Shown here: one piece after another, positions 48,986 to 61,018 of the stretch
Layout: the number at the start of each line of letters is the position of its first letter
How positions within the stretch are numbered: the stretch's first letter is position 1
Assembly: GCA_012026655.1 (NCBI GenBank)
Contig: JAAILG010000264.1
Location: 1 to 64,000 of the forward strand
DNA from: Hydrolagus affinis
Taxonomy: Eukaryota
Direction of reading: 5' to 3'
Length of the DNA: 64,000 nucleotides
The notes under the pieces: generated by a model
Database searches by the model: none
Seen by the model: only the letters and a program-made list of their open reading frames with translations
What the model was told of the DNA's origin: nothing
Translations under genes and position numbers: made by a program

Positions 48986-51900
48986 AGTATCACTTTGTAG
49001 GTGCTGTTACTTTACATAATACTTTTTTTTTGCTATTTTTTGTGGTTAGCTAAACAATAGAGATTAGATTTGCTCAACAAGGCAGAGGCTTTCCCCCCCC
49101 CCCCCTCATCGATTTTCTCTTCCCCTTACAGAAGGCATTTTTATCCACTTTCCCCTTTCTTTGGTGGCAAATAGTTCAATGAGCAGCAGATTCACCCTAT
49201 TATTGATTCCTATCACGACAATACACAATCAAAATCTGGCAAAAAAAAGACTCAAAATATTAATATTGCATAATGGACTTTTTTTTAAAGATTGATTTTT
49301 AAAATTTCACTTGCAACACAGTTCAACAACTTTGATTTATTTCGATTTATATAGTGCCCTCCACGCCGGACGGCGTCTCAGAGCGCTTCAATAACTCTCA
49401 CACACTCAATCACTCATGGGTAATGCAAAATGTCTCATTCACAAGGTAAAAAAATACTGATATTTCATTCTGCCATATCCTGCACTTGTGTAACATATTT
49501 TGAGATCTACAATATAAAAAACCGAGGACAGATGGCTTTGAACTTGTCACAAATGAGTAACACAATCTCCGGGTTCTGAAGAATGTTGTAATCCACAAGA
49601 GTAAAGTGGTCATAAGATTATGTTTCACATTCGAACACTGTATTTTTAAATAACATACACAAGATTAAGTTACACATTGGAACACAATATTTTTTAAATA
49701 ACCCCCCCCCCACCACACACACACACACAATGCTCGAAGATATCTGACTTCCTTTCAAGGTTGCTCAATTGTATTACACTGGGAAATTTCAAAAAATCCT
49801 GTGTCAGATCCAAGAATGATTTGCAAATTCATTCAAGGATTATTTCAGCAAAACCTTAGGGTCAACTGGATTATATTAATTGCATTTGTACAGTTCAAAT
49901 GAACATAAATAAAAGATTAGAAACTAAACCATTGTGTGTTGTAAATTATTTTTATTAGCATATTTATTAATATTAATGTCCATATCTATTCATTAACACA
50001 TTACTCACAATATCTGGATTACTGTATATTGGGTGTTGCATTGAGAGCTTACAATCTTGTGGGATCACATCTTGATTATCAATATTTTCACTGGTTGCAG
50101 CATGTAAAACTACTGTATGTTATCTGAGACATTACACAGCATTTCACCAGTGTAAAATTGTTGGGTGAGATGAATGATTAACGGGCCTGATCACAAGAAT
50201 AATGAAATGAATCACATCAAATATTCAACTTGATCTCTCAACACAGATTTATTCGCAGTTACAGATCCAGACGTTTAAAAAGAAAGTATTTAATGCAAGG
50301 CTTTCGATTTCTAATACATGCACCTGCTACTGAATTAGGAATATTCGAAAGTGCTCATGGTTTTCTTATTCTGCTTCAGAAAAGGTTGTTGTCAAGGAAG
50401 GGAACACTTTTCCAATAACAAGGACCTACAATCACATAACCTTACTGATTCGAAAACTTCTACTGACTGTGACTGTATCACGCACTTTAGGTACATGTTA
50501 AAGTTTTGCTACTCAGCAACAGCAATGAGCTCAGTTAAGTGTTCCCATTGCACAGCACGGTGATCAGCACAGCACAAGCCATCTTGGTAACTTTTCTGCC
50601 TTGTGACATCCTCCTGATATGAAAGGCGCGATACAAATGTAATTTTGTTGTTGTTATTTCTTGTAAAAAAAAGAGAGGCGCGGTGAAGGGCCAAAAAGCT
50701 TGGCACAGGATTCCGCCAAATCCAATTCGTGCTACTGCCCGATAAGGAACTAGGTTGATGCCGTCAATGTTGATCACGGTACCGAACAAAATGTGGAAGG
50801 TGTTACATCTAAAGGCGAAGATTATCTTTCCATTGTTTATTTTCAAACAGTACCCTGCACACTGCTGAACGAATGAGACAAACAAAGAAACGGCGAGTGG
50901 AATCAATGCGCGTGACAAGGATTTCAAGAGTTAATTTTCTCTCACATCTTACATCTCTTATCCCAGCAGTCTAATCACGGCAAGCTGCTTACGCCTCGTG
51001 CACATTTCTGAAGTCATATACATGCAGCTTCCTCTCCCCGCTCACCACCCCACCCCCCACCACCCCCGAAATTAATTTGTCATGATCTATCTCACGTCCC
51101 CATCTCTAATAAAGAAATGTTTCTATTACACACGCTAACCACAGCATGACTCTGGTCAATTTTATTCTTTATGACAGCCAACCCTGCTAGACAGTGACTC
51201 CACTCATTCACTGTGCCAGGTCACGTGGGTTTTACTTCCAGGCTCATTCAATTGATGCTTCAATACCGTGTGCCACATGACTTGTTCGTATAAATAGAGC
51301 AAATTAAACTGTCTCCACAGATATCCTATCACATTTGTACCCCCGAATCCTCTATTTAACACGTGGGCAAGTCACCACATTATCTGTCTGGAAAGGTCGA
51401 CCTCTGGATATTAGATTCTGCCACAGTTCTCTCTTGTACAAAACCAAAGGGAAACACTTAATCACCCCAGCCTTTTCAAGAAAAAATCAACTTAAAATTT
51501 GCCATGATGAAAAATCAATAAACCTGTAATTGCTTGCCTTATCATCATGTGGGAGGACAAATTGGGAAGCGAAGCTTGGCGTCGACACATATTTCCCTGT
51601 AACACTGAGAGTTTCAGGATCACTGGGCTGGAAAAGGGAAAGGTCTCCAAGTGATAATTAAATCTTCTCATGCTGATTTTCTGCCAAATTTATTTCCCCC
51701 GAGTGCATAACCCTGATTTTCTGGTTACGAACCAGGCATAACTAATCAATCTGCTACAGTTGCACTACCTCCCTCAATAAATACCAATTGAAAAGGTTGC
51801 AACAAGCAACAGAACTATAGTGAGAGCTTAGAAATTTATCTTCACTTTACCACAATTAGGCAACCCACACCTAGAAAAAATATAGTTATAGCTAGCTACC

Positions 51901-52402
51901 TGAAACTGTACTCTGTCACTACATGTAGCTACATACAGTATTTTGCTTCCAAGTTATATTTTTCAACACATCTTAAGGATCCTAGTAATATGATCAAATT
52001 ACTGAATAAATAAATATATATATATACACACACCAATGGCCTGTATTTTGCACTCAGCGATCAAAAATACAAGCAATGATATTGCTGTTAAAATGCAGTT
52101 CGCCTAGTGTACAAACACAATGCTTCAGAAGTACAACTTACAAATGATGGAACGGTACCTGCAATTAATAAGATCTCAATGCTAATACCTTTCTTGGGAG
52201 GTACCATGAACAAGCAATTCCTCACATGTAGTAGTAAAACAAATCAGGAGACAAATCATTCAAATCATGTGGTATAACTCTGAGCAGCAAATTAACACCA
52301 TATGCCAGAGGTTTATTTAGTAGCAGGTCACCTGCTCCAACCATCCTCTTGCCCAGAAATAGAAAAAGAAAAACCACAGCATTAAATATTAAGAATAGAA
52401 AG

Positions 52403-52722
52403 TAATAATAATAATCCTTACAATTGATATAGTGCTTTTCAAGTCTTCTAGACGTCTCAAAGCGCTTCATACAATGTACTGCAAAGTGAATTGACTGTAT
52501 ATTTGTGGGCGAAATGCGGAGGTCAATTGCGCACAGCAGTGTCCCACAAACAGTCGTGGATTGAAATGATCAATTTTATTATTGTGTTTTTTTTTGTAGG
52601 GATTATTATTAGGCGTGTGGAGTAAGGAAATTTGCCCAAGGTTTCGCCCTGATCTGCCTGGATTCAAACACAGGTTTCACACTTGGAAGGCGAGTGCTCT
52701 AACCACTGAGCTACAGGACTCC
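52403..52722 (-). mobile_element. Same SINE family, full length
   Basis: Consensus match. Confidence 0.88.
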
Positions 52723-53180
52723 AAAACGATTGCACCGTTTTATAAATGTTCTCAAACAGATGGACTGATATACTGATAATGTTTCCATGCTGCAAGGAGA
52801 AGTAAAGGTGACAGCCAAGCAATTTGTGTTGCGTTTTGTTTTTCCAAAGGTTGTTGGATTTGGAGACCAATTTACCGAATTTGATACCTCCTTGAATCCT
52901 AAATGACAGCAACTGCAGCACTGACGTGCGAACCCCAAGTTCTTCTTGACCACATTTAGGTGTTGGCTTCACTCCCAACTTAGTTCAAAAGATTAACTGA
53001 TGTTAAGTCAGCCTGCGTGTCTCACTGCCACATCATCTTGAGTAAGCACAAGGTGTTCCTTCCCCTCATTCTTTGGTTAGTTTCTAATTATGTAACTCCT
53101 CCATTTAACTTAGCTGAAAAGCAAAAGTATCTGGACGAGCGCTCGATGCAACTATAAATTCTGCAGCTTTATTTATTATT

Positions 53181-53499
53181 AATAATAATAATCCTTGCAT
53201 TTGATAAAGCGCTTTTCACATCTTCTAGTCGTCTCAAAGCGCTTCGCAGAATATACTGTAAAGTGAATTGACCGTATATATGTGGGTGAAATGCGGCAGC
53301 CGATTGCACATAGCAGTGACCCACAAACAGTCGTGGATTGAAATCACCAATTTATTATTGTTTTTTTTAGGGATTAATATTAGGCGTGTGGACTAAGGAA
53401 ACTTGCCAAGGTTTCACCCTGACGTTTTTCCTGCCTGGAATTGAACCCAGGTCTCTCTTGTAAGGTGAGTGCTCTAACCACTGAGCTGCAGGATTCCAC
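53181..53499 (-). mobile_element. Same SINE family, full length
   Basis: Consensus match. Partial copies also near 1-40, 4600, 7620, 9040, 11190, 12270, 15225, 18450, 21330, 29150, 37240, 55060, 56730, 59385 and 62460. Confidence 0.88.
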
Positions 53500-54315
53500 T
53501 ATTTCTCTTCTAATTCAATTTTCTTCAATAATTTCCACCACATACAAAAGAAAATGGAATTGGAGGGGAAATCATTGTGTTTCAATGGAAATTAGATAAT
53601 AAGAGGTGATGGCCATGTATTCTCTGTCCAGCTAGTCACCCCCAGCCCACCTCCCAACCCCCCAGCCCGCCTTCCCACCCCCCCAGCCTGCCTCCTCACC
53701 CACCACCAAAAAAAAAACACATACTGTCGGTAAAGATCAGATTCAATATTTGCTCCGGGGAGGAGAATTCAAAGGCAAATGAGTCCTTTTCAATAATAAA
53801 CAGAGCGATAATTAGCTTGAAGCTTCCATGCAAGGCCAGAACTCTATACTTTTACAATGTAAGTGACTAAATAACAGTTGTTCATAGCATCACTTCCAAG
53901 GTCAAATTAAATTATAATGCAGGACGTTATTTGGAATCAGAGGTGGTGGGCCAGCTCATTGAAACATGTAAAATTCATAACACATTTGTAAATGAGTTAT
54001 TGCAGAACAAGTGTTCCAGAAATTACTCTTAATAAATCTCCAAACGACCTTGATCAAATGTACATAAAAGCACTTTTTCTGCCTTGAAAACTCAGGAAGT
54101 TAACAAGGAGGATGACGTGATTGCCATGTTAATAAGAGGTCATCTTCAAATCTAATTAGAGTTACTGGAACTCCTGCAGATTTTTTTTTAAAAAAGTATG
54201 ATATTATTCTGACGACTTTTGATTGAATCGTATCTTTTCCTATCTTATTGGGACATGGGACTATCCTCTCTACAGTTGCCCTCTCTAATGCTAAGTGCTT
54301 TTTTTGCTCACAAAA

Positions 54316-55058
54316 CAGTAGAAGCCTGTTTATCCGGCATCCGCGGGACCTGGGCAATGCCGGTTAAAGCGCCTGCTGGATATTCGGGTGGCCTATGGCT
54401 GAAAACCCACTACCAAAAAAATTTAAGTTCTTTTAACACACACCATACACACCAGACTAAGTCAGGGCAGATAGTGACAGAATGTTGAGTTGGTGCTTGT
54501 TGTTGAGGCTGCTCTCTTGCACTTCTCACCTTTGCTGGTTGGGGTTTGCAGTCCAGCGATTTGTTTTTGAATGGGGGGCGCCAGGCGGGTGAAAAAAAAT
54601 GGCAGCGTTATTTTAAAGTCGTGCAACTTTACTACTGCAAGCCGAAGCTCTAGACTCTACTTGCGGCAAACCAAAATACTGCACCTGCACAACAATGTGG
54701 GTTATCGGCTAGCGTTATCGGCTTGCTGCTAGTATGACTTTAAAGTCATATGCGCTCCTTTTTTTAGCCCGCTTGGTGTGCTCCATTTTGGGGGGAGTCG
54801 CTGGACTGTAAACCTCAACCGCAGCATCATGGATCCAAGCGCAGCATCTACCAGCAGGGGTGGGTTGCGCGGGAGAGTGGTTTTGACGGTGAGTGCCAAT
54901 GCAGTATTCTGTTGTTATGTTATCATTTATGCATTTACAAATGCTCCACTGCTATTGTTCCGGATAAGTTCTGGTTTATCGAATGGGCCTTTTGTTTTGG
55001 CGTGCCGGTTATACGGAAGTGCCGGTGCATCGAGTCACGGATAAATGGGCTTCTACTA
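54316..55058. mobile_element. MITE family A copy 3 (longer, CpG-rich interior)
   Basis: CAGTAGAAGCCTGTTTATCCG ... CGGATAAATGGGCTTCTACTA. Confidence 0.78.
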
Positions 55059-58000
55059 CACACAGTCAATTCACTTCACGGTGTATCCTGTGAAGCGCTT
55101 TGAGACATCTGGCTGATGTGACAAGGCGCTGTATCAAATGCAAGGATTTTTATTAGTAATAGTAGATTCGAATTTATTACTAGTTTAGTTGATTGACAAA
55201 ATTATAATGTCTTTGAACTTTAATTTGCCATTTGTTTCACGTGCTCCAATTTTTGAAATATCTTACGTGATTTAAGAAAGTTGCCCAAGATTTCGTAAAG
55301 AAAAAATAATTAGTGGGCCATTGAGGACTGGTGATGCAAGATCAAACATTGGATGGTGCTCATTTAAAGTTGTGTACTGTTGGAAAAACATAGCGTGATG
55401 CAACACCATGTTATTCTAGCCCGCAGGAAGCCCCAAGTGCTATTATGCATCACAGGCAACCAACTGTGACACAAATTTATTTTGCATAACTGCTGCAAAA
55501 CAGTGGGAGTATGAGCGATGGGCTTTCCAAAAACTTTCTCCGCCACAAGCTGTAACGTTTCAGAACGCAATCATTTCGAAAGTGGTTAAAAAAACTCACT
55601 GGGTTTTGCATCGAAAAATGCACTGCGTAACAACAGTTCTCCAAAATGTTGTGTCTGTCCTTCAGCTTGGCAGTGGTAATTAAAAGATTTAACGCAGCAC
55701 AATGTCATCCCCACCTCTCCCCCCCCAAGCACAAGCACCACCACCAGTCTCTAATCTGATGCCTGGGTCAGGCGCTTGTAGATTCTAATTTGTCCTCTAC
55801 ACTATTTGTATTCATGACATGATAGCTCTGAATATTTAACAGCAAAGCAGCAGGAGTGTGTTTTGCAGGGCTTGGAGGTCAAATAATTTGATTTTCAAGC
55901 AGATTACAGTTAACGCCATTGTCCGGTTGTGCGCTTGCTGGTTTTGTGAAAGCGCACAGGATATTATCCAGGAACAGCCAGTAAAAAAGTTAAGCTGCCA
56001 CTAGAAGTAAGTATGTGATCAATAACAGAATATTCCAAAAGGCAAAAAACATTAAAAAAAAATTCAAATCACGTTATTTCTGTTCTCACCGATTTCATAC
56101 CAGAGAAGAATAAAACAATTTATCCCTGTCAAAACAGTGAGTTACACCCTACTTAATCTACTTTAGATGCTGCTCTGAATGTGTGATCTGTGTAATTTGG
56201 AGCCAGTCTGAATTCAAAAACATACTTCAAGTCCCTTTATTAGGCAAAAGCAATTTTAGGTTTGAATATAGCCTGTGTGAAGAATAAATTTGAAGTAAAT
56301 TGATTAAAGATGCATTTAGTACATGGAACACTTTGCATTTATTATGCAATGATTTCATGCTAGCAATTCACATTTGCTTTGTTCTAGACGAGCATCACGA
56401 CCAGGAGAAAGATAAAAACAGGGATCCAATTTTCCTTTCAAATAGGGGCCAACAAAATATACCAAACTGACTTTATAGCCAATGCAATTTGCCAACATTT
56501 TAAATTGTAAATGATCAGTTAAAAATAGGGCGAAAGATGAAGTCAGAATATGTGTAATGGAATTGGATTTAGATTAGTATATTAAGAAGTCCATTACTGG
56601 CATATCTTCTCACAATAGTACAAATTTCAAATATTTCAGATTTTATAATAAAGCTAAATTGGAAGCGAATTGAAACGTCTCAGATGTTTTCGAAGTTGTG
56701 CAGTTTCGGTGTCCCAATATAGCATTGCTGTGCACTATTGGCTTAGAATCTGTCTGCAAAACATGTAGTCACTACACTTACAGTAAATCCTGCGACACGC
56801 TTTGAGACGTCCTTCTGACATGAAAGGCCCAATATCAAATGCAAAGAAGATTTAATTCCCATGTGTCATACTTCAGATCTCAGCTGTGGCACCGGGGGAG
56901 CAAGGGAGGCTGTTGAGTTGAAGTCAACCCTTCCACCAGGTAGTCCATAAATCTCTCTTATATGCCTCATAGAAGTTGCGCTAGACAGTCATTGCCAAGC
57001 CTGTCATTTGGTTGCTTCTATTCATTTTCTTTGCATGTAACAGAGCAAAGCAGTCAGGGAGAAGGAATACAATTCCTTAAAAAAAATGATGACTGCTTAA
57101 GACCTTTGCTGAAGGTAAAAGTGATCCATTCAGACCTACGCTGAGTCAGCTAACCGCAGTCAGGATCAGAGGAAATGACTTTATAATTGGCCTCAGAAAG
57201 AGAAAATACAAATACATTTCAAATGAAATTGTTAGTGCGAGAAGACAAGGTAAATATACTCACTTTTTTCTCATTTATTGTGTATCTATCCCTTGCCTTG
57301 CAATTGACAAGTTATCTCATCAGTCATTTTCTCGCTATCTGTGTTGTTGAGGTAACTTATTGAGTGACAGTCAATGTCCATTGATGCAAGAACAATCAAC
57401 ACAGGCTAAGATGAGGTTATGTCACAAATGGCTGTTGACCCCTCATCGATAACAGCATTTAAAACGTATTTGGATAAATAATCGAGAAAAGGCTATATTA
57501 GAAGGTGCAGGGAAAAGTAAGGGAATAGAAGTACAAGTAGGTCTAGTGGGTGAGCGAGCCCCACTGATATGGGTCAAATTATCTTTTTCTGTGTTTTAAA
57601 TATTATATGATCCTATGGCAAATATTAATTTCTAAGCCTCAACTGGAGTTTTTGTTAGGGGTCTTCCAACTCAAACATTGTTGATACATTTCAAAATATT
57701 GAGAAAATTTGAAGTAAAATATTTAATTTTGTAAACAATAATATACAGAATAGACTGATCAGGCTAAATAGACAGAGATAATGTCAATATAAACTCAAAA
57801 TAACAGCACAAGGAGGACTGTAAAAGGAAGCAAAATGTAAGAATGATATTTGTTTTAAGGCTACTCCTAGCAGAAAAGTATTTGTTTTGTCGATAATAAA
57901 TTATTTTTGGAAAGAAAATGACCCATTTGGAGCAATGTAAGGGTTAAGAGAAACTGCTACATTTATCAGCATGTACATCACTTCACTGTTGATTGGCAGT

Positions 58001-58623
58001 CCATCCTGCAAGTATAAGTGACGTTAGCGTACAGGATATCCAAGTGGATCAGTTACTGCTAATCAATAAGAACATAAGCGAGCATTGAATGCAAGAAGAC
58101 ATTTGACCCATCAACCCTGGTCTTCTACCGTCAATGTACAAACAGCAAGGACTCTAACCAATCTACTCAACGTCTCAAATAAACGGCTTTGTAAAGTTCT
58201 CTCTTAAAGTCCAGCCAACTTGCAGAACATGTGCATAACTCTGTTTCTTCTTTGACACAGCATTAACACAGCCCATCAATGTAGGAACGATTTGCCATAA
58301 ATATTCAATCAGCTTAACTGTCCTTTTCTAACAACAACAACAACAACAACAAAATTGCACTTTTAGAGCACGTTTCACGTCAGGAGGACATCCCAAGGCG
58401 CTGGATAAAATGTTTAGTATAACTTATATTTCTTAGAAAACATAATATACGCACAATTCCGAACAAGATATTTGTCCAACACTTTTTAAAGAATTTGCTG
58501 AGCGCAGCATGATGGTTTTGTATTTTTCCCAGGTATTCCATTGTTTCTCTACTTCCTAAACTCTAAAAAGTTTTTTTTGTATAATGTAGCAACACTTCAT
58601 CTCCACTTTTGTCAATTATAATA

Positions 58624-59082
58624 CAATCAAAGCCCGTTTATCCGTGACTTGATCAATCGGGACTTCCGTATAACCGGTACGTCAAAAAAAAGTCCCCATC
58701 CGATTAACCGGATCTTATCCGGCACAATCGCGGTGGTGCATTTAATGAATCGATTGTCGCATGAGAGGACTGTACAGGTATTTCGACTTGCCGCTAGTAG
58801 AGCCTTAAAGTGGCGTTGCCGTTTTTTTCCCTCGTGTGGCGTCCGCCATTACAGAAGTTATCGATAGACTGTACACCTCTACCCTAGCATCATGGCTTCA
58901 AATCAGGCATAACAAAGGTCTGTTATTATCTCTTATTATTTAGTCTATTATTAATATGGTATGTGTTAAAATAATTTTTTTTTGCGTTGGATATTCGGCA
59001 TCGGATCCGACTGAATATCTGGCATTCCGTTTAACCGGCATTGGCCAGATCCCGCGGGTGCCAGATATACGGGCTTTTACTG
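58624..59082. mobile_element. MITE family A copy 4
   Basis: TA|CAATCAAAGCCCGTTTATCCG ... GATATACGGGCTTTTACTG|TA. Confidence 0.8.
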
Positions 59083-60949
59083 TAAATGGCTCCATTCCAT
59101 ATTTCCCTTTCAAATTATGTTTTTTTTCTTCTTCGATTTGAAGAAATATTGCGAGGAAGTCTCATAAATTTCCTATTTGTGAGCTTCCACTTATAACCTG
59201 GCAAGGGAACGGGATGGAAAAGGAAATGCAAACGCCTTCAGGAAGTTATGTTACATCTCACAAATCCAATGACTGTCCAAAAGTCTGGACAACTGCAGGC
59301 AATCCCTCCTTCCCACTCTTGCCTTTGGAATGTTGATGATGTGCAATGAAATAGGAATTCCGTTCAAAAACAAAAAAAAAACCACAATAATAAAATTGGT
59401 CAATTCAATCTACGACTGTTTGTGGGGACATTGCTGTGTGCAATTGGCTGCCACGTTTCGCCCACAAATGTACAGTCAATTCACTTTACAGTATATTCTG
59501 TGAAGCGCTTTGAGACGTCTAAAAGATGTGAAAAGCTCTATATCAAATGCAAGGATTATTATTATCATTATTATTATTTCTGTCAAACCAATACAGGACT
59601 TACTGACATCATTCTTGAGCCAAGTACAAATGCGTTGGCCCTGGTGAGCCATTGGTACCTTCAGCCACTACTCCCCAAAACTCTGGAACACTCACCCTCA
59701 ATCCCTCCCCTTTGTGACCCCTCGCTCCACACCTTAAAGTCCCCCCTAAAGACTTTCCCCTTTGATCGTGCTTACGGTTCAGGAGTCTCCCTCAATGTCA
59801 AGCTCTCCGGGATGCTATCCCGCGTGAAGGGCGCTATATAAATGCAAGTTGTTGTTGTAACTTAGGTTCAATGTTGAGATACGAGTTTGAAATTCACGTT
59901 TCTTATGTTTCCCATGTGCAGAGAATATTCCTAAACCAGAAGTTTGGAGCACATAGGCAAACTGTAGATCATGCATGCACCATCCAAATAATTCAATTTT
60001 CACAAGAATTCCTAACTATTCTGAATTATTTAAAAGACTATACAGTTTTATTTACAACATATTCATCTACGCTCCCTTGTGTAAAAATATCTTGTGTTAC
60101 AAGGTATATCATGTCTTTGCCATCATATCTTTAAACTGAGAGCTTCCTTCCTCTAACTGTAGATAGAGGTTTCGATGTGAAATCAGATTACAGCTGTGTA
60201 GCTTAGTTCTGATTCTTGGTTGAAGACATGAACTGCAAAGCCCTTATCTAATATTGTTTCCCCTTTTCTCCAACCAAGAATATAAAGAACAGTGCAACAC
60301 AATAAACAAACGCTGCATTTCATTAACAACTCTGATTTCTATAACCTAAGACTTGTGACATTATAATATGACATTTCTATCAAAAAAGGCTATTTATAAC
60401 CCCCTAAAAAATCTTATTTCTTTGGAAATGGTCATTTAGTATTAAACAATTCAGTAATACAGAATCATCTTTAAACTTATATTGTATTCTACCCAATCTT
60501 CCCCAATATCAATTCTACCGTACTTTAAAATAAGTTTTTTTTTGCCATCTTCAAAATGCATTTTCTTGCCTGAGAGGGCAAGGAAAGCAACTATTTTTAC
60601 ATTAAAACAATGCAACTAAATGTGGGTGAACATCAAACTTCTTAGCAAAACGTATAAGTTGCCTTAGTTTGAAATTTGAAACAGGATATTTGAACACTAG
60701 TTAAAAACTGAATTGTCCCGACACATTACACAAGCCTTGGAATGCTCAGTTTTTTTTTCCATTCATAAGAAATACACTTCAAAATTATTGACTCCGAAGT
60801 CATATAACACAGGTGTCTCACCATTCCACATCATGCAAACATCCAACTCTAAATTGAAGGCATTTCCAAACCAGTAAAACACACAGTATTAGGTAACATT
60901 GACAGCACATCTGGAAGGATATAAATGCTTCCTGTAAAAGAAAGGTTAC

Positions 60950-61018
60950 CTTGCTCTCGCTTCTTCTTAGCATCATTTTCCTTCTTTTCTTTTGCCTTCA
61001 ACAGTTCGTCTGCTTTGG
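60950..61018 (-). CDS. RSRC1: RSRC1 exon (fourth from last)
   Basis: tttcag|CC...G|gtaacc; (A)KADELLKAKEKKENDAKKKREQ; coiled coil; phase fits next exon. Confidence 0.9.

Larger units (their letters stand above)
31314..61018 (-). other. RSRC1: Gene span (5' part outside window): arginine/serine-rich coiled-coil 1, last four coding exons
   Basis: Exons of 69, 107, 144 and 99 nt in frame, ending [24 protein letters not shown]; intron 33211-60949 is 27.7 kb. Confidence 0.95.

Noticed and set aside
50535-50927. 130-aa minus-strand ORF with a signal-peptide-like start
   Set aside because: Non-ATG start, 3' end runs into an L2 tail, no splice or family support.
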